DNA of 62,694 nt, filler included, from Rhabdomonas costata (GCA_019059605.1; 32 parts of 32 records of this genome joined end to end with filler, not necessarily neighbours in it), one strand, 5' to 3'. Numbered from the whole stretch's first letter, positions 25,040-37,868 are shown. The notes: generated by a model from the sequence alone, not told the origin. Numbers and translations are program-made.

Positions 25040-25420
25040 CAGCAGGGGACGATCAGCTGGCATCCCGCGCTGGTCCACCAGCACGGCTTTTTCGGGTTGG
25101 GGTCCCTGCACGCGGCCTGGGTGGGGCAGGCGTTGCAGTTGTTGTCGCAGCCCTGCCCACCTCGGGTATCTGGCCCCGTGCACACTGTGAGTAGAAGCAA
25201 GACCAAAAACCCTCACTCTATCACCAGTCACGTCGCGTATATCTCGTTTCTCGACATATGGTGAAGAGAAATGATAGGACCCCGCAAAGTCAAGACAAAA
25301 CGACCCAACGACCAAAACACACCAGACGTGACAGAGAAGTGATCCAACGTCGCCGTGTTCGTCGACGGGTCCCCGACATTCACATTACTCGCCACCATAA
25401 TCCCGGCGTAAACCACACCC
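25040..25420 (-). CDS. Probable extracellular protein: end of a ConA/LamG-like beta-sandwich followed by a Cys-rich module (exons 25420-25323 and 25184 to ~25040)
   Basis: VYAGIMVASN...TATLDHFSVTS|VCTGPDTRGGQGCDNNCNACPTQAACRDPNPKKPCWWTSAGC, joined by a phase-1 GT-AG intron. Confidence 0.55.
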
Positions 25421-26182
25421 NNNNNNNNNNNNNNNNNNNNNNNNNNNNNNNNNNNNNNNNNNNNTTAATTAATTAANNNNNNNNNNNNNNNNNNNNNNNN
25501 NNNNNNNNNNNNNNNNNNNNGTGGTTGGGGTGTACTTCCCTGGGAAACACAGAACAGGTGCCGACAGGTGCCAACAGTGCCAACAGGTGCCTCAAGTTGG
25601 GGAAACATAAGGCGCCTGGGCGCGCATGGTTCACGGGAGTCTCGTTCAGCGGTAATGGTCATACATGTGGCATAGGGGTAGAAGAGCGCTGGAGGCATCG
25701 TACTTGCAAAAGCAGTCAGAGGAAGCGAGTAACGATGGATAGCAAATACAATCAATAGAGCGAAAAAAGATGTCGTATGTTTGGGGCAGGAATAGTTGCG
25801 GAAAATAGCTGCGGGCTGGGAGGAAGGTGGGTGAGGTAGAAACAGAACGAGGTGTAGCCTTAATCAATGTTGCGCTACACTTTGATTTTTGGAAAAGAAA
25901 ACAGCATTGACAACAAACGAACAAACGAACAAACGAACCGATGGACAGGACTTATACCTTTGATGTGACCTTTTGATAGTAACTCCCTCCGTGGGAGAAT
26001 TGATTTTTGTGGTGTATCGTCACAGCCGCATGGGTGCTGGGAGTTCGACAGATCGGCTCTTGCTAAGAGAACAACGAAAGAGTCGCGATAACCAATCATA
26101 ACCGGCATCCTGGATGCATGGAGACCGAAAGGGGCTCCCGCTCCCGGCGAACGACCCACCTCTCACCTACACACCTGCTCAC

Positions 26183-27115
26183 CTACACAGAACTGCAGTG
26201 CCGTTTTTTTGGGGGACACACTTTCTGGCGGTGCTGGCGCCGGCAATGCCGATGGAGATCAGCTTGTCAGGCTCCGCCAGACGATCCAGGCATACACAGA
26301 AGGGCTCCGCCCTGCCAGGACACGTGAACACCTGCTTCGTCAGCAGGGTGGCATCGCGGGACTCCTTGCACACCGCGACGGTGTCCGTTTGGTCGCAGTC
26401 AATTGAGCGCATGCAGTCAACAAAGGTGTACCCCTTGGCTTGCTCGTAGTCTTGGATGGGGTACCCCTCGTCGCCTTCGGTCGCTGAGGAGCAGGAAAAG
26501 CACCGGTGCAACCAGATCCAATATCGATTTGTAGGCATCTGAATGGAAACATCGATAACCCACACTACACCCCAAAACATGGATGTCCCGGTTCAAAGTG
26601 GTCAAAAGGGATACCGGCAGGAAGACGAGAAAGCAGCAGCGCATGTGACCCTTCAAACCTGCCAGGCCATGAAGAAGGTCAATCAGGAGGTGTTCTGAGG
26701 ATGAGGCCTGAGCCTTGCAGATGCGCACGACTTGGCCCTCTCCACACAGAGAGACCGCAAACCGGAACTGAGAACAAAGGAAAATACGGGGAAAGGGCTT
26801 TGCTTGCGTGGCGAAACATTGCAAAGGAGTCGGCCCAGGCGGTACACACATACACATAAAACGCACACGCATATACATTGGCGCGCGCACACCCTCCCCT
26901 TCAGAGTGAAGCTGCTGCCCACGGCCTGCCCGTTGCGCAGAAAGCTCAGCCCCTCTGGGGTCACTCGAACCCCCAGAGTGGTGCCCGGGGACCACCCCGT
27001 GCCACCCCCGCCCACGCAATTGCCCTCATGGAAGATCGCCGAGGCGCCGACCCGGCAGGCATAGCCCAGGCTGTTGGGAAATGTCCTGTCCCCCAGGGCG
27101 TTGTGGCAGCCCACC
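26183..27115 (-). CDS. SPRY/B30.2-like domain protein, exons 27115-26893, 26767-26659, 26483-26183
   Basis: SLGY...IFHEG...WSPGTTLGVRVTPEGLSFLRNGQAVG..F.LKGR|FRFAVSLCGEGQVVRI, then the start of a second repeat (F.V.LD...LISIGIA). Intron phases are consistent. Confidence 0.65.
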
Positions 27116-30100
27116 CTGAGAGCGACGATGTAAAAGCAAGCCAGCAGGATGTTTCCCCTGATCCAAAGTGCATCAAAAAATTAGCAACGCCGGAGCACTT
27201 CATGGACGCATGGACATGAGCTCCAGCACCCACAAAAAACCAGTAACCAAAGGAAAAGAGACTGAGCAAAAGAATTTCAGGGGTAAAGCAGCCCAGTTGG
27301 AAAAGCACCAGGCACCACTTAAAGAACCGCGCCATCCCTCCATATTCAGTGGTCCGCAAATCACATACAAACACCAAACAANNNNNNNNNNNNNNNNNNN
27401 NNNNNNNNNNNNNNNNNNNNNNNNNTTAATTAATTAANNNNNNNNNNNNNNNNNNNNNNNNNNNNNNNNNNNNNNNNNNNNTGTGGGGGGTAAGCGTCGT
27501 CTTGGGGAGGGTTAGAGGAGTTCCGGTAACGGAGAAGCAAAAAGATCTTGAATTATTGACCCTTTTTTACTGTGTGATAGGGCATTTTAAAATCGAGCTT
27601 TGTCCTCTATTTTCCGGATTTTTATACATCTTTCGATTCCTCTCTCTTTCCTCTCTCTTCATTTCTTCGTACCCCAACACTCCCCCAAAAGATAGTCCTG
27701 AACGGGCATCGTGGCGGCTTCTAAGGGCTACTAGGGGTAAGCGTGTGCGTGGGGAAGTTTCACCATGGTAAGCAGCATCGGGAAGCTGAGGTGCCCGTCC
27801 TCCGCAATACGTCCCCTTCCTAACCCACCAATCGAGAAGGCAACAATGAGCAATTTTGTGAGCAGGAGTTGCACAGAGGTCTTAAGCGTCGGCAGGGGCC
27901 TACGTTTGGGTTTTGTGAAGCAGTGGCCGGCACCCTCCCCGGTGCTCGTCAATCAAGGTTCTTCAACCTCGTAACCCATCAATTGAGAGCACGGGCAGCG
28001 GGAGGGTGCCACCGTTGGTGCCCATACACCGCAGTTTTCCAATGACTCCGAAACCGACGGACCGAGAAGAAAGGCCACCGCTTGGGTTCTAAGTAAGGTC
28101 TGTTCAGTAGCAGCCCGTACCACATAGGGTGATAGTTTGCAGCAAAACACTCCAGGGCTGCGACTCCAGGGTAAGGTGTATACAGTTCCCGTTTAGCAAA
28201 TTAACCGCCCACCACCACCACCGCAATCCCCCAGTGCTCCGCACTTCCAGCTTTCCGCTCTTGCTTTATGTCACTGCCGCTCCCTTCACCTCAGTCTTCT
28301 TCCATTCTCTCTCTTGTGTATGATGCAAGCGAGTGTTCTCCTCGGGAGCACTTGCTTCACTGCTTTTCCTCTTCTCTCCAGAACGCATACACCAACCGCT
28401 CCTCCGCCCCTACTCCCTGTCTTGCTTGGGTGGGCGTGTGAGCAGCGTGCATCTGTGGCGCGCACCACCCCCAATGCTCTGTCGGCATTTCCCCACCTCA
28501 GACCCTATCTCTCGGCGTTTTTTTTTTGCTGTATTGCTGTAATCTGCAAGCGTGTGTACGCATGAAGCCGTTGGGGGTGAGGGTACTGAAGTTCTCGGGG
28601 CCAAAAAGGAGGAAGCTACAATCCAGCCACTTCAGGGCTGATGAGTCTCGTGGACCTGATAAGCTCCATTGAGGTGACCCCTGGGGTTAAGCGATCGGCT
28701 AAACCGGCTGGAGGTCGGTTTGGCGTCAAACTTGATTGCCCAATGGAAGTTGGGGAGGGAAATATGTTCACGGTTGGCGCTTATAACGGTCACCAGTGGT
28801 AACAGAAAAAAGGGCTTACAACTTTTCCTAAATTATCTTCCAAAAACGGCCAGGAAAGCTTCCGTTGCACCGAATTGTCCTTACCGCCCTTTTCCCACAC
28901 CGTCCGCTTGGAAAACCCTTGCCTTCATTTTCGAGTCAAGGAAAACATCGCCACTGAGTCGTGAGGTCGGTGAAGTCAAGGAGCCTCCCCTTCAGTCAAC
29001 CCCTCTAACCTCTCGCGGGTAGTCCCAGGTGTGCAGCAAACTTCTTTGTGAGTATGCGTGCGTGCAAGGTGTGAGCCCTCCCTTTTCTTTTGTGGTGATC
29101 GGCTGGGCTTCAGCTTTGTGTGCCCACCCTATTCACACCCACCTACCCCCAAGTTACCCCTCACTAACGTGTGCGCGTTTTGCCGCGGCAAAGAAAACAA
29201 CACGCATGCGCAGACCCAGAAAAGGGGGAGAGTGATGAAACCTGCCAGGCAAAGAGGTTGCAAACCCCTTTGTCTGGCAATTCCTGAGACGCCGGACGCC
29301 GTCAGAGGGGACTGCCTATCCTCCCCCCTTTCCCTTCTCCCCNNNNNNNNNNNNNNNNNNNNNNNNNNNNNNNNNNNNNNNNNNNNTTAATTAATTAANN
29401 NNNNNNNNNNNNNNNNNNNNNNNNNNNNNNNNNNNNNNNNNNTGTTGTGGTTAATGATGTGAGCCTTCTTTTCGGGCCTCTCCCTCGGCACCATACTCGC
29501 ACTGGTGTGGTCCTAAAAGCCTCCCTGTTGGATTGCTTTCACGGCATTCCCTCCATCTCAAAGCCACTTGCTGGTGTCGCTCTGCTGCACTCCTCAACAC
29601 ACTAACTTTGCGCTTTGCTCCCGAGATCAACATTTGCTGTGTGCTGCTGCGGCTGCGGCTGAAGAATACGCCGCTTTGTGTATGGTTTGCCTTTTCAGTA
29701 GAAGGTTTGCTTCCAGGCTTGGCTGCCTTCCAAGTCCCCCTGTGTGGCGACCCGTCGGGTGCCCAATCTTGTTAGGTAAAATTGACCCATTGTCCGCATC
29801 ACCTCAAAGATTCGTTGTTTGTTGTTGTGCACCAAGGTATATAAGGACTTCTAGACCGAAAATAAAACGGAACAAAAGTAAGTAGAAAAAACAACCCCAT
29901 TTCGCTGCGTAACAGATCCCAGGGGGCTGTATGTTTCGTCCGTGGACGCGGAGCACACCTTCCCAACGAGACTAGAGAATTTGCATGGTGAGGTGGCCAG
30001 ATACGTTGTCTTGGGATTGGCACCCTGTATGATTGGCATTATATCACATGGCCTTGGATATTATGGACTACCCTTCCCGCCCTGCCTGCTTCACAGGTGT

Positions 30101-30712
30101 TCAGAGGCAATGGGCAGATGTGTTTGCACAATGTTCGCTGGTGGTAATGCGCTGCCGTTGACGCCTTCCCCTCTTCCCCGCATAGGGTTCTACCAATGTC
30201 GCTGTACCCTGTTTTGGTCATTGTTCCTCTGCTGTAGGGCGGGGTACAATTGCAATGGTTACCTCTTTCACAGGAGGCCCTACGTTCCGACCTCTATGCG
30301 AAATGTTTAAGAGCAGCCAATGAGGAAAGTTCCTCAAAACTCTTCTGTCAGGGCAGCTTGCACGAGCTGTGTATCGCGAATGCACCCCGCCCCACAGCCA
30401 GGATACTGTGGCCGCTGTGTACCCAGCGACATTCTGAAGTAGCGTGCGGGGGTGGAGGGTACCCAGTTCCGGTGTTACGTGTTCCCCGTTTAAAGCTAAA
30501 AAAAATAATAATCGCCAACTAACCTCCTGCAAAAGCTTCCCCAAAACACCAGTTAGCTCCATTCCCAAAGGGACGTTCTGAGATGCAACACTTCCGACGC
30601 CTGGGGCAGCAGCGCTAACCGCTTGAGAGAATACTAAGACGCACACACACGGTTCTTCACAACAGCCCACCCATTCTCCCTCGCTTCTTTCGTCGCCTTA
30701 GGTGTGCTCTAC

Positions 30713-31299
30713 CGTTTTCTCCACCTCCGCTGACGAGCTCCTCCCACTCCCCACTGTTGTGTCTTTGCATTCCTGGTTGTTGTCTCTTGTTGGGCTCTCG
30801 TGACCCTCTCTCCACACACCCTAACTTCGCTCCTCGGTCACCTCTCCTTCACTCCACCTCCGCTCACCCCCCGCTCGCGACTTTGGATGACCCACTCCTT
30901 TGACCCACCACAGGGGCCCCCTTGCCCTGCGCGTGCCTCCTCGCGGCCTGGACAGCAGACCCTCCCGCAAGCAGACCGCCGCGAGGGTGATGACTGGGAG
31001 GGGCAAATAGTTAAAACTCAACTGAATGAGCCTTCCCATCCAGCCAGAATTTACAGGTGAGAACCAGGTGCACAAGCTTGAAAACACAAAAACAAACATA
31101 GCTGGCTGTGGAATCAGAGGTTACTGATCAGGTGGAGGAAGGTTACAGGTCCTTATTGTTCATTGTTCCTATTGCTGGATGACCCAACACAATCATCGTT
31201 TTCTCCACCTCCGCTGACGAGCTCCTCCCACTCCCCACTGTTGTGTCTTTGCATTCCTGGTTGTTGTCTCTTGTTGGGCTCTCGTGACCCTCTCTCCAC
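30713..31299. repeat. Identical 103-bp direct repeat (30713-30815 and 31197-31299) at a contig end
   Basis: cgttttctccacctccgctgacgagctc...gaccctctctccac occurs twice. Confidence 0.9.
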
Positions 31300-31510
31300 C
31301 CACNNNNNNNNNNNNNNNNNNNNNNNNNNNNNNNNNNNNNNNNNNNNTTAATTAATTAANNNNNNNNNNNNNNNNNNNNNNNNNNNNNNNNNNNNNNNNN
31401 NNNGTAGATTCAGAGCCCAAAGGTCCGCACGGTGGTGCAAATACTTTTTTAAAGAAGCGAAAAAAAGGGGGCAAAGTTGAGCTTTCCCCACCGCCAACCC
31501 CAAAGCGTAC

Positions 31511-31616
31511 CGGCCTTCTTCTGGAAGAAGAACTTCATTTCACGGTCACTGCGGCTGTCATACTGCGGAATCGCTCCATGAATCACAATGCGGTTGACAA
31601 AGTTCTCCTCCCGGAC
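31511..31616 (-). CDS. Exon of an unknown protein
   Basis: cag|VREENFVNRIVIHGAIPQYDSRSDREMKFFFQKKA|gtacg, with coding-like codon use. Confidence 0.4.
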
Positions 31617-34600
31617 CTGAGGGGAATACATGTGCGCTTTATTGCATGTGCATTATAGCGCAGCCAAGACCTGACCCTTTCTGCTGTTCATTTGTGCAGT
31701 TTTCTCTGCGCCGTTCAGTGCACGCTCTTGATAATGGCAAGATACACCCTTCAACCCGCACCTTACGATTTTCTCAGTAAAATAAGGACAATCTTTTACA
31801 TCACTACTGGGAATCATCTCGGGATTCACGCACCTTCATCCATTCCTCTGGACTTCCTCTGTCCAGGTGTCGATTTGGTGGTATTCCTCTTGGTTTCGGG
31901 AGTCTTCGCTATCCACCCAATGTTGCAACCCAATTCCTGCGTTTATTCCTTGGCAGACGCCATCGGCAATCAGCCATGCCTTCCTTTGAATCCTTTCTCT
32001 CGTTGGTTTAGCGTTCACTCTATTTTACAAAGTACCAAGCGCAAGTGAAAATCTTCTGTTTGTAGACGAAAATTTTCTCGAATAAAACACATTTCTCAAC
32101 TGAGGGTGTCGGACATCTCGCACCGCATAAGGTACTGCACATCGTGTCACAAGCTCACTTCGAAGACGAAAGGAGGTTGTGATCCTTCGGAGAACTGTGG
32201 GGACGCATACAAGAGTGATGGGGGAGGGGTGATGAGGATGAAAACCTTTGCCGGAGAGGGCGACCTCGAAGGTTTGGGACTCGCCGTCTTAGTCTGCGGA
32301 CTCATACCGCGGCGCCACAAACGAAATCAACGCATAAATTAGAGCGAGCAAGGAAATGGCAGACCTAATGCTTCAAATAGCTGGACAAACACCACAACGA
32401 CTACAAAGCGAAGAAGAAAACCATCGCGCCGGAAGCACGCAAGAGCCGCAAGGAAAAATCTTCTATTCTCATGGGGCTTGCGTCACACAGTTTGGAACAT
32501 TTATTAGATGAAGTTAAATCACTTCATATGCCCCAGATCTCTCAATGCGGATCAAAAGGAAAAGCAATTCCGTATTTTTTGGGTCTTCCCGGGTTCCCCG
32601 GAAAGAGATGATGATCAATTTCCGCTTCCAGCAGCTTCATCAATCCAACGTGCGAATCGTGTTTCTTAAGAAAAACGCACCATCACAAGGGAGCGGCTTT
32701 CACATCTGTCGGGGTGAAGTAGTTCTGGTGCCCCCAAAACATCCAGTTCAGAGGTGATTCTTTCTGGCCAACCACTGCAACCACTGCATCAAGGTAAATG
32801 GGTCAGCAAAGGAAGGGGTTGACGAATCGTTTTTGAAGGCCGAGATTGAGGAAATGGCCGGTCAGGTTGAAGAATTGAAGAGAAATGCGCGGGAAATACG
32901 TGGTGCATGACGAAACAGCACACAAGGCCACTTTCACCCTGTGTCCAAGCCTTCCAAGGCCAAAGCGCGCAGCCATCGCTCGAGAGCTGCACGAGGAGTG
33001 AACAAAAACTGACTCCCTCAACGAAGGAACAGCAAAAGAGGAAAAGGGTCAATAGAGAACGATATAAGCTTAACGCTTCCATTCTTTCAGGAACGGGAAA
33101 ATAATGCTTCCCGCAGCAATCGACAAAACAGAAGGAAGTGAAGCAAACTTAACAATATATTTCGACCACACAATGGTACAGCACCGGCAACACACACGAA
33201 GACCCATAAAAGTCCACACAAAGCTTAACTAAAAAGAGTACCCCCGCTCCGCTCCCACCGAAANNNNNNNNNNNNNNNNNNNNNNNNNNNNNNNNNNNNN
33301 NNNNNNNTTAATTAATTAANNNNNNNNNNNNNNNNNNNNNNNNNNNNNNNNNNNNNNNNNNNNTTTTTGTAGGAATAAAGAACCTTACTTATACACCACA
33401 GGGTCAAAATATCTGCGTTCGCAAAAAAAATATACGGAAATACGAAATGAAAAACAGATTGAACTTCGGGGTATCACCCAATCCTTTGATACAGGCAGAG
33501 CGGAAGAAACGACACCTGCAGAATAACGTGAATGGGGTAGATGCACTGCGCCTTGCTGCGGAGGTCTGAGGCCTGAATCTTGGAGGAATCCATGAGGCAG
33601 TGGTGCGGGTGCCTTGAAACTGCAGTGCTGGTAAGTGCGCCTGAGCAGCAAAAAAAAGGAGAGTGCGGATAATGAAGTCAAAGACCACAACACAGTGGCT
33701 TTGCGATGGGGAACGAAGAGCTGACCTAGACAGCCTATATCGTCAGAATAGTAGTAGTTTGGCCGAATACTATGTGTTCCATTCTAAATCGCGACCCCCC
33801 CCCCCAAAAAAAAACGGTTGCGCCCCCTGTGCTTGGGGGGGGGGGAGGCATTCGAGGACAGAGTATGGCCCTTTTCGTCCACTTTGGCTTGGTCCCTCAC
33901 ATGCCGCGACTGGAATAATCGTCAAATAGCCCCAACAGAGAGGACCATATGGAGCACAGCGGTCTTGATAACTGTGTGACCCTGCACGGCTTTGCTTATG
34001 ACGATGATCATTAAATGATGGCAAGTTGTCGAAGTGAATGCAAATCTTCCCAAAAACAGGCAAATATAAAAACGTTTTCATCGTGGCTTGTGGAGGAGGA
34101 AGTGCGTGTGTGCATACTGGAGTCTGCCATCAGGACAGAAGTTACTGCGAGAGGAAAGCAGGTCTGGTCCAGGTGGAAGAGGGCTCTGCTCAACCTGTCA
34201 AAGGCAGCTTGGATTCCAGGAGCCAGCTCCCCAATGACATCTGCATGCATACCGAGAGGAAGCCACTTTGATAAAACACGACGCTACCAAACAAGTTTCA
34301 GTCTTCTGGTGAATCCCCCTGTGCTCACAATTGGCTTCCAGTGTAGCGCATCTGCTGGTTGATTTCCAATGTGCTCACCTCCAAAGCGCTCTCTCACAGT
34401 GGGTGCGGGGTGCAGGGTCACCGCCACTCTGACTTCATCCCGTCCTGGAACCTGCCTCGTGTCCCTGACTCGCGCGCGGCCTTCCAAACGTGAGTGAGTG
34501 TGAGTGCGAGTAAGTGAGTTTGCTAGTTTGTTTTGAGCCCGCTATTCACGGCACTGTCACCGACGATGTGCCCTTCAGTTTCAAACAACGCCTTGCTTTT

Positions 34601-34684
34601 ACACCGGGTACGCTACTCACAAGGGCACAAAGTAAAGAAGTCAAGACCTTTGCGGTTCCCACTGTCGGGATCAGTCGTAGTAAC

Positions 34685-34995
34685 CAGGTGGTTCAGGTAC
34701 AACGAGCCCTGCTGGACGTTCTCCTCCAGGATACCCATGTGTTGTGCAAGTACATGCCGGGCAATGTCCCCTGTGCAAGCGCAATGCAAGACAGTCGTTG
34801 GAAGCCGTGCGTTCTGCTTTCAAGCCACCGAATGGCACCACAGCGCGATACACAGCAGCAAATTCGAAGCAAAATGGATCGGTCGCGCTTTGTGTGGGTC
34901 AACAAGGCCGTCCTTTCTTCCTCTTACCCTTCCGAATTGGTGCAATCACTCAGCAGAAACTGCAGCGTGATCCGGTCCGCAAAGGCAGGCAGGAG
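34685..34995 (-). CDS. Two probable exons of an unknown protein (34995-34928 and 34770-34685)
   Basis: LLPAFADRITLQFLLSDCTNSEG and DIARHVLAQHMGILEENVQQGSLYLNHL, each with AG/GT borders. Their phases differ by 1 nt. Confidence 0.35.
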
Positions 34996-35364
34996 CTAGA
35001 GTTGCACAGCACATACTCAGAATGCTCAGCCGCAGCGGGTCTTCGTCCCAGAGGCAGCAGTGGGTGATGGACCCATCCTACAAAACGAGAGACCCAGACA
35101 ATCCACCGAGCAGCAAGGGCTGCATAAACGAATGAACAATTCAAACGCTCGATGCTGGTGTGACTTCCAAATGATACTCGACTGATGATGAGAAGCTCGC
35201 GCTGCAGAACACCACACCCATGTNNNNNNNNNNNNNNNNNNNNNNNNNNNNNNNNNNNNNNNNNNNNTTAATTAATTAANNNNNNNNNNNNNNNNNNNNN
35301 NNNNNNNNNNNNNNNNNNNNNNNTTTTTGGGTGTTACTTATTTGGACCCCCCCCCCGTGCACAG

Positions 35365-37079
35365 AGCCGGAGTACACCGATGAGGACGAGGAGCAGGCCA
35401 TGGCCGCAGCGGCATGCCTGCGTGCGCTGTGCACCCTGCTGCAGGCGATGCACGACCACAAGGAGCTGTTCCCGCAGATGGAGCCCATGCTGGTGCCCCT
35501 GATGAGGGCACTGCTGCAGCCTGAGAAGGTTAGGAGGGGGGGAATGATCGAACAAGTGGATGGTTTGCTTGTTTATAGGATATGTGTGATGTGGTTGTGA
35601 CAGTGGTGCAGGGATGGTGAACAACTCACCTCCGTTCCATATTGTGGTAGACCTCTGAACCAGCAACGAGGCTTTCTTCTTTGTTAAGGGACAGTTGTGT
35701 TTGTTTGTTTGTTCGCGCTTGTGTGTGTGTGTTTGTGCGATAAAAATAAACACCCGCTCTCACACACCATACACTCACTCTCACGTAAAGGAGAGTGATG
35801 ATAGAAAGAACGAAAACCGAAGACCTAACCTTACCTAACCTAACCTAACCTAAGACGTGCGCAGCCTGGATGCTTGCTCGGAGGATCCTATGGCAATGCT
35901 GTCACCGGCTGACCAGATAGCAGGCCAGCACCCTGCACCTCAGCCACGTGGGACAGGTGCATTTCCTCTCACGGGCAGGTTGACGGGACCATTGCTGTTG
36001 AGTTTGTCCAAAGCGTTGGCTAAAGGTGCAAAGTGTAAGTTTGTGTGGTTGTGGGGATGACTTCCAGGAGGAGTATCTCGATGAGTCACTGGAGCTCATC
36101 GCGGAGTTCACGTATTTCGCGGACAAACTGTCTCCGGAGGTGTGGTCGGTATTCCCGCTGCTGTTCTCCGCCTACAACACCTTTGGGGAGGACTACTTCG
36201 CGCAGATGCTTGGTCCACTGGACAACTTCATCTCCACGGATCCTGCGACGTTTGCAACAGGCTCGCGTCCCTCCCCAACTAGTTAGTTCGAAAGCCGCAA
36301 CACCCGGTTGTCTCATCGATCCTACGCATTGGTGAGGTTGTACACGTTGCGTTCGATTTTCCAGTGTGTTGTCACTGCAGCAGCAGAGGTCCGGACGGTC
36401 GGATGCATACAGGATGGACACAGGAATGAACTATTGTGGCAACAACAAAATAGGCGCGGAAGCGCAAGGGGTGCATAGGAAGAAAAATGAACTGACGGCT
36501 GGGGTGGAGCGGGATAAGGGAAAGTTTTGGTAGTAAAGGGGGAGAGAATTTCCAGTGTGTTCACCAACGAATTGGATTTGAGAGGAGCATGAGCAAGCCT
36601 TCAGGACTTCTCATTCGTCAGTTTCCTGACTTCTTGCGCATCCATTGATATTATGACTTGGGCACAGTCCCAACTCCCGACGCTTTATGCAAATTAAGGT
36701 TGTGCTTGTTCCCAGGATGCGGTCCTGATGGCAAGCGCTACGTGCAGATGGTTTTGGAAATGATGCAGAAGTGCCTCAGCGACGAGGAGAACTGCTACGA
36801 CTGGGGCACTTGCCCCAGGCTCCTGGACAGCCTGCTGCAGAACTGCCGTGATCACGGCGCCGCGCTGGACCCCTACGTACCACAGTTCTTTGACCTCATC
36901 GCCAGGGTACTTACTACGCGGCCCGACGTGGGCTCCTCGTTCCGCACCCTCGCCCTGAACACGCTGGCCTGTGGGCTGTTCTACAACGCCGCGCTGACGG
37001 TACGGTACCTCGAGGACCGCAAGATCCTCTCCGTGGTGTTCAGCATGTGGCTGGACATGATCCCCCGCTTTAGTCGATG
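35365..37079 (+). CDS. Importin-7/8 (SAD2/Nmd5-like karyopherin-beta), exons 35365-35528, 36068-36260, 36716-37079
   Basis: LVPLMRALLQPEK|EEYLDESLELIAEFTYF...SPEVWSVFP...MLGPLDNFIS...|...PRLLDSLLQNC...LFYNAALT...FSMW follows the importin-7/8 C-terminal HEAT-repeat motifs. Confidence 0.88.
35687..35942. mobile_element. Dispersed intronic repeat family B, copy 1
   Basis: Homologous to 50680-50900. It begins TAA|GGGACAGTTGT, has a (TGTT)n-like tract and (CCTAA)x6 at 35824-35853. Confidence 0.75.
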
Positions 37080-37737
37080 GTGCATCCGCGCGGGCGTGGT
37101 TGGGACGGTGCGCTGTGAATTGGATCGGGCTCCGTGATTTTGGACTGAAGCTTACGTCGGATTGGAAACTTCACACCAAAACNNNNNNNNNNNNNNNNNN
37201 NNNNNNNNNNNNNNNNNNNNNNNNNNTTAATTAATTAANNNNNNNNNNNNNNNNNNNNNNNNNNNNNNNNNNNNNNNNNNNNGGGGTGGGGGGAGACGAG
37301 CAGAGGAGACTGGAGTGCAGCTCAGATGTGGGGACTGATCTGGACATGGAAGAGTTGTTATGGGATCTGAAGTTGCATCGAAGTTGTGCAGTGGCCGAGC
37401 AGATTTCAATGTCCTATTTCTGTTCTCCTTATTTGGCCGCTTCATCCACTTTTGAAATTTCTAAAAACTTCCGTGATTTTTCTTATTTCTTTGGGACCCG
37501 TGATGCATTTATATTCCCCTTCATTCTGTACATCAACAGCGACTGCAAAATGCAAAAGACTTGCATTTCAACCTCTCTTTTTCTTTGTTGCTCGATACAT
37601 ATCTGATTAGTCATATGTCCCTTGTCGTGCCCCCCCCCCCCCGTCGTGAATTGCTAACAATTCAATGGTGACACTCCATACGATACGAGCAAAGGCCATT
37701 TTCTGATTGCAGTCTCTCTGTGTGTGTGTGTTATTAG

Positions 37738-37868
37738 GCATCTCGCACAAGGAGTTCTTTGCCTGGCTGGCGTCGAAGGACTGGAAGCTCACCGTCGAGC
37801 TAAAGAACCTGAAGAAGCGCCTGATCAATGAGAAGAAGCTCCAGAAGGACTCCGAGATCCGCCCCTGA
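37738..37868 (+). CDS. Terminal exon of a probable EF-hand protein
   Basis: tag|(G)ISHKEFFAWLASKDWKLTVELKNLKKRLINEKKLQKDSEIRP*. It shows the EF-hand loop end (ISxxEF) and strong GC3 bias. Confidence 0.6.

Noticed and set aside
26479-26540. Apparent +1 frameshift in the SPRY-like gene
   Set aside because: A good polypyrimidine-AG acceptor at 26484-26486 restores the phase without a frameshift.
28637-28690. CTGATGA-GTC..GAC as a hammerhead ribozyme or box C/D snoRNA
   Set aside because: There is no GAAA after stem II, no convincing terminal D box or stem, and no rRNA complement that I could recognise.
35794-35895. GTGATGA...CTGA in family B as an intronic C/D snoRNA
   Set aside because: The boxes are not conserved in the second copy (GCGATGATGG, CTCA).
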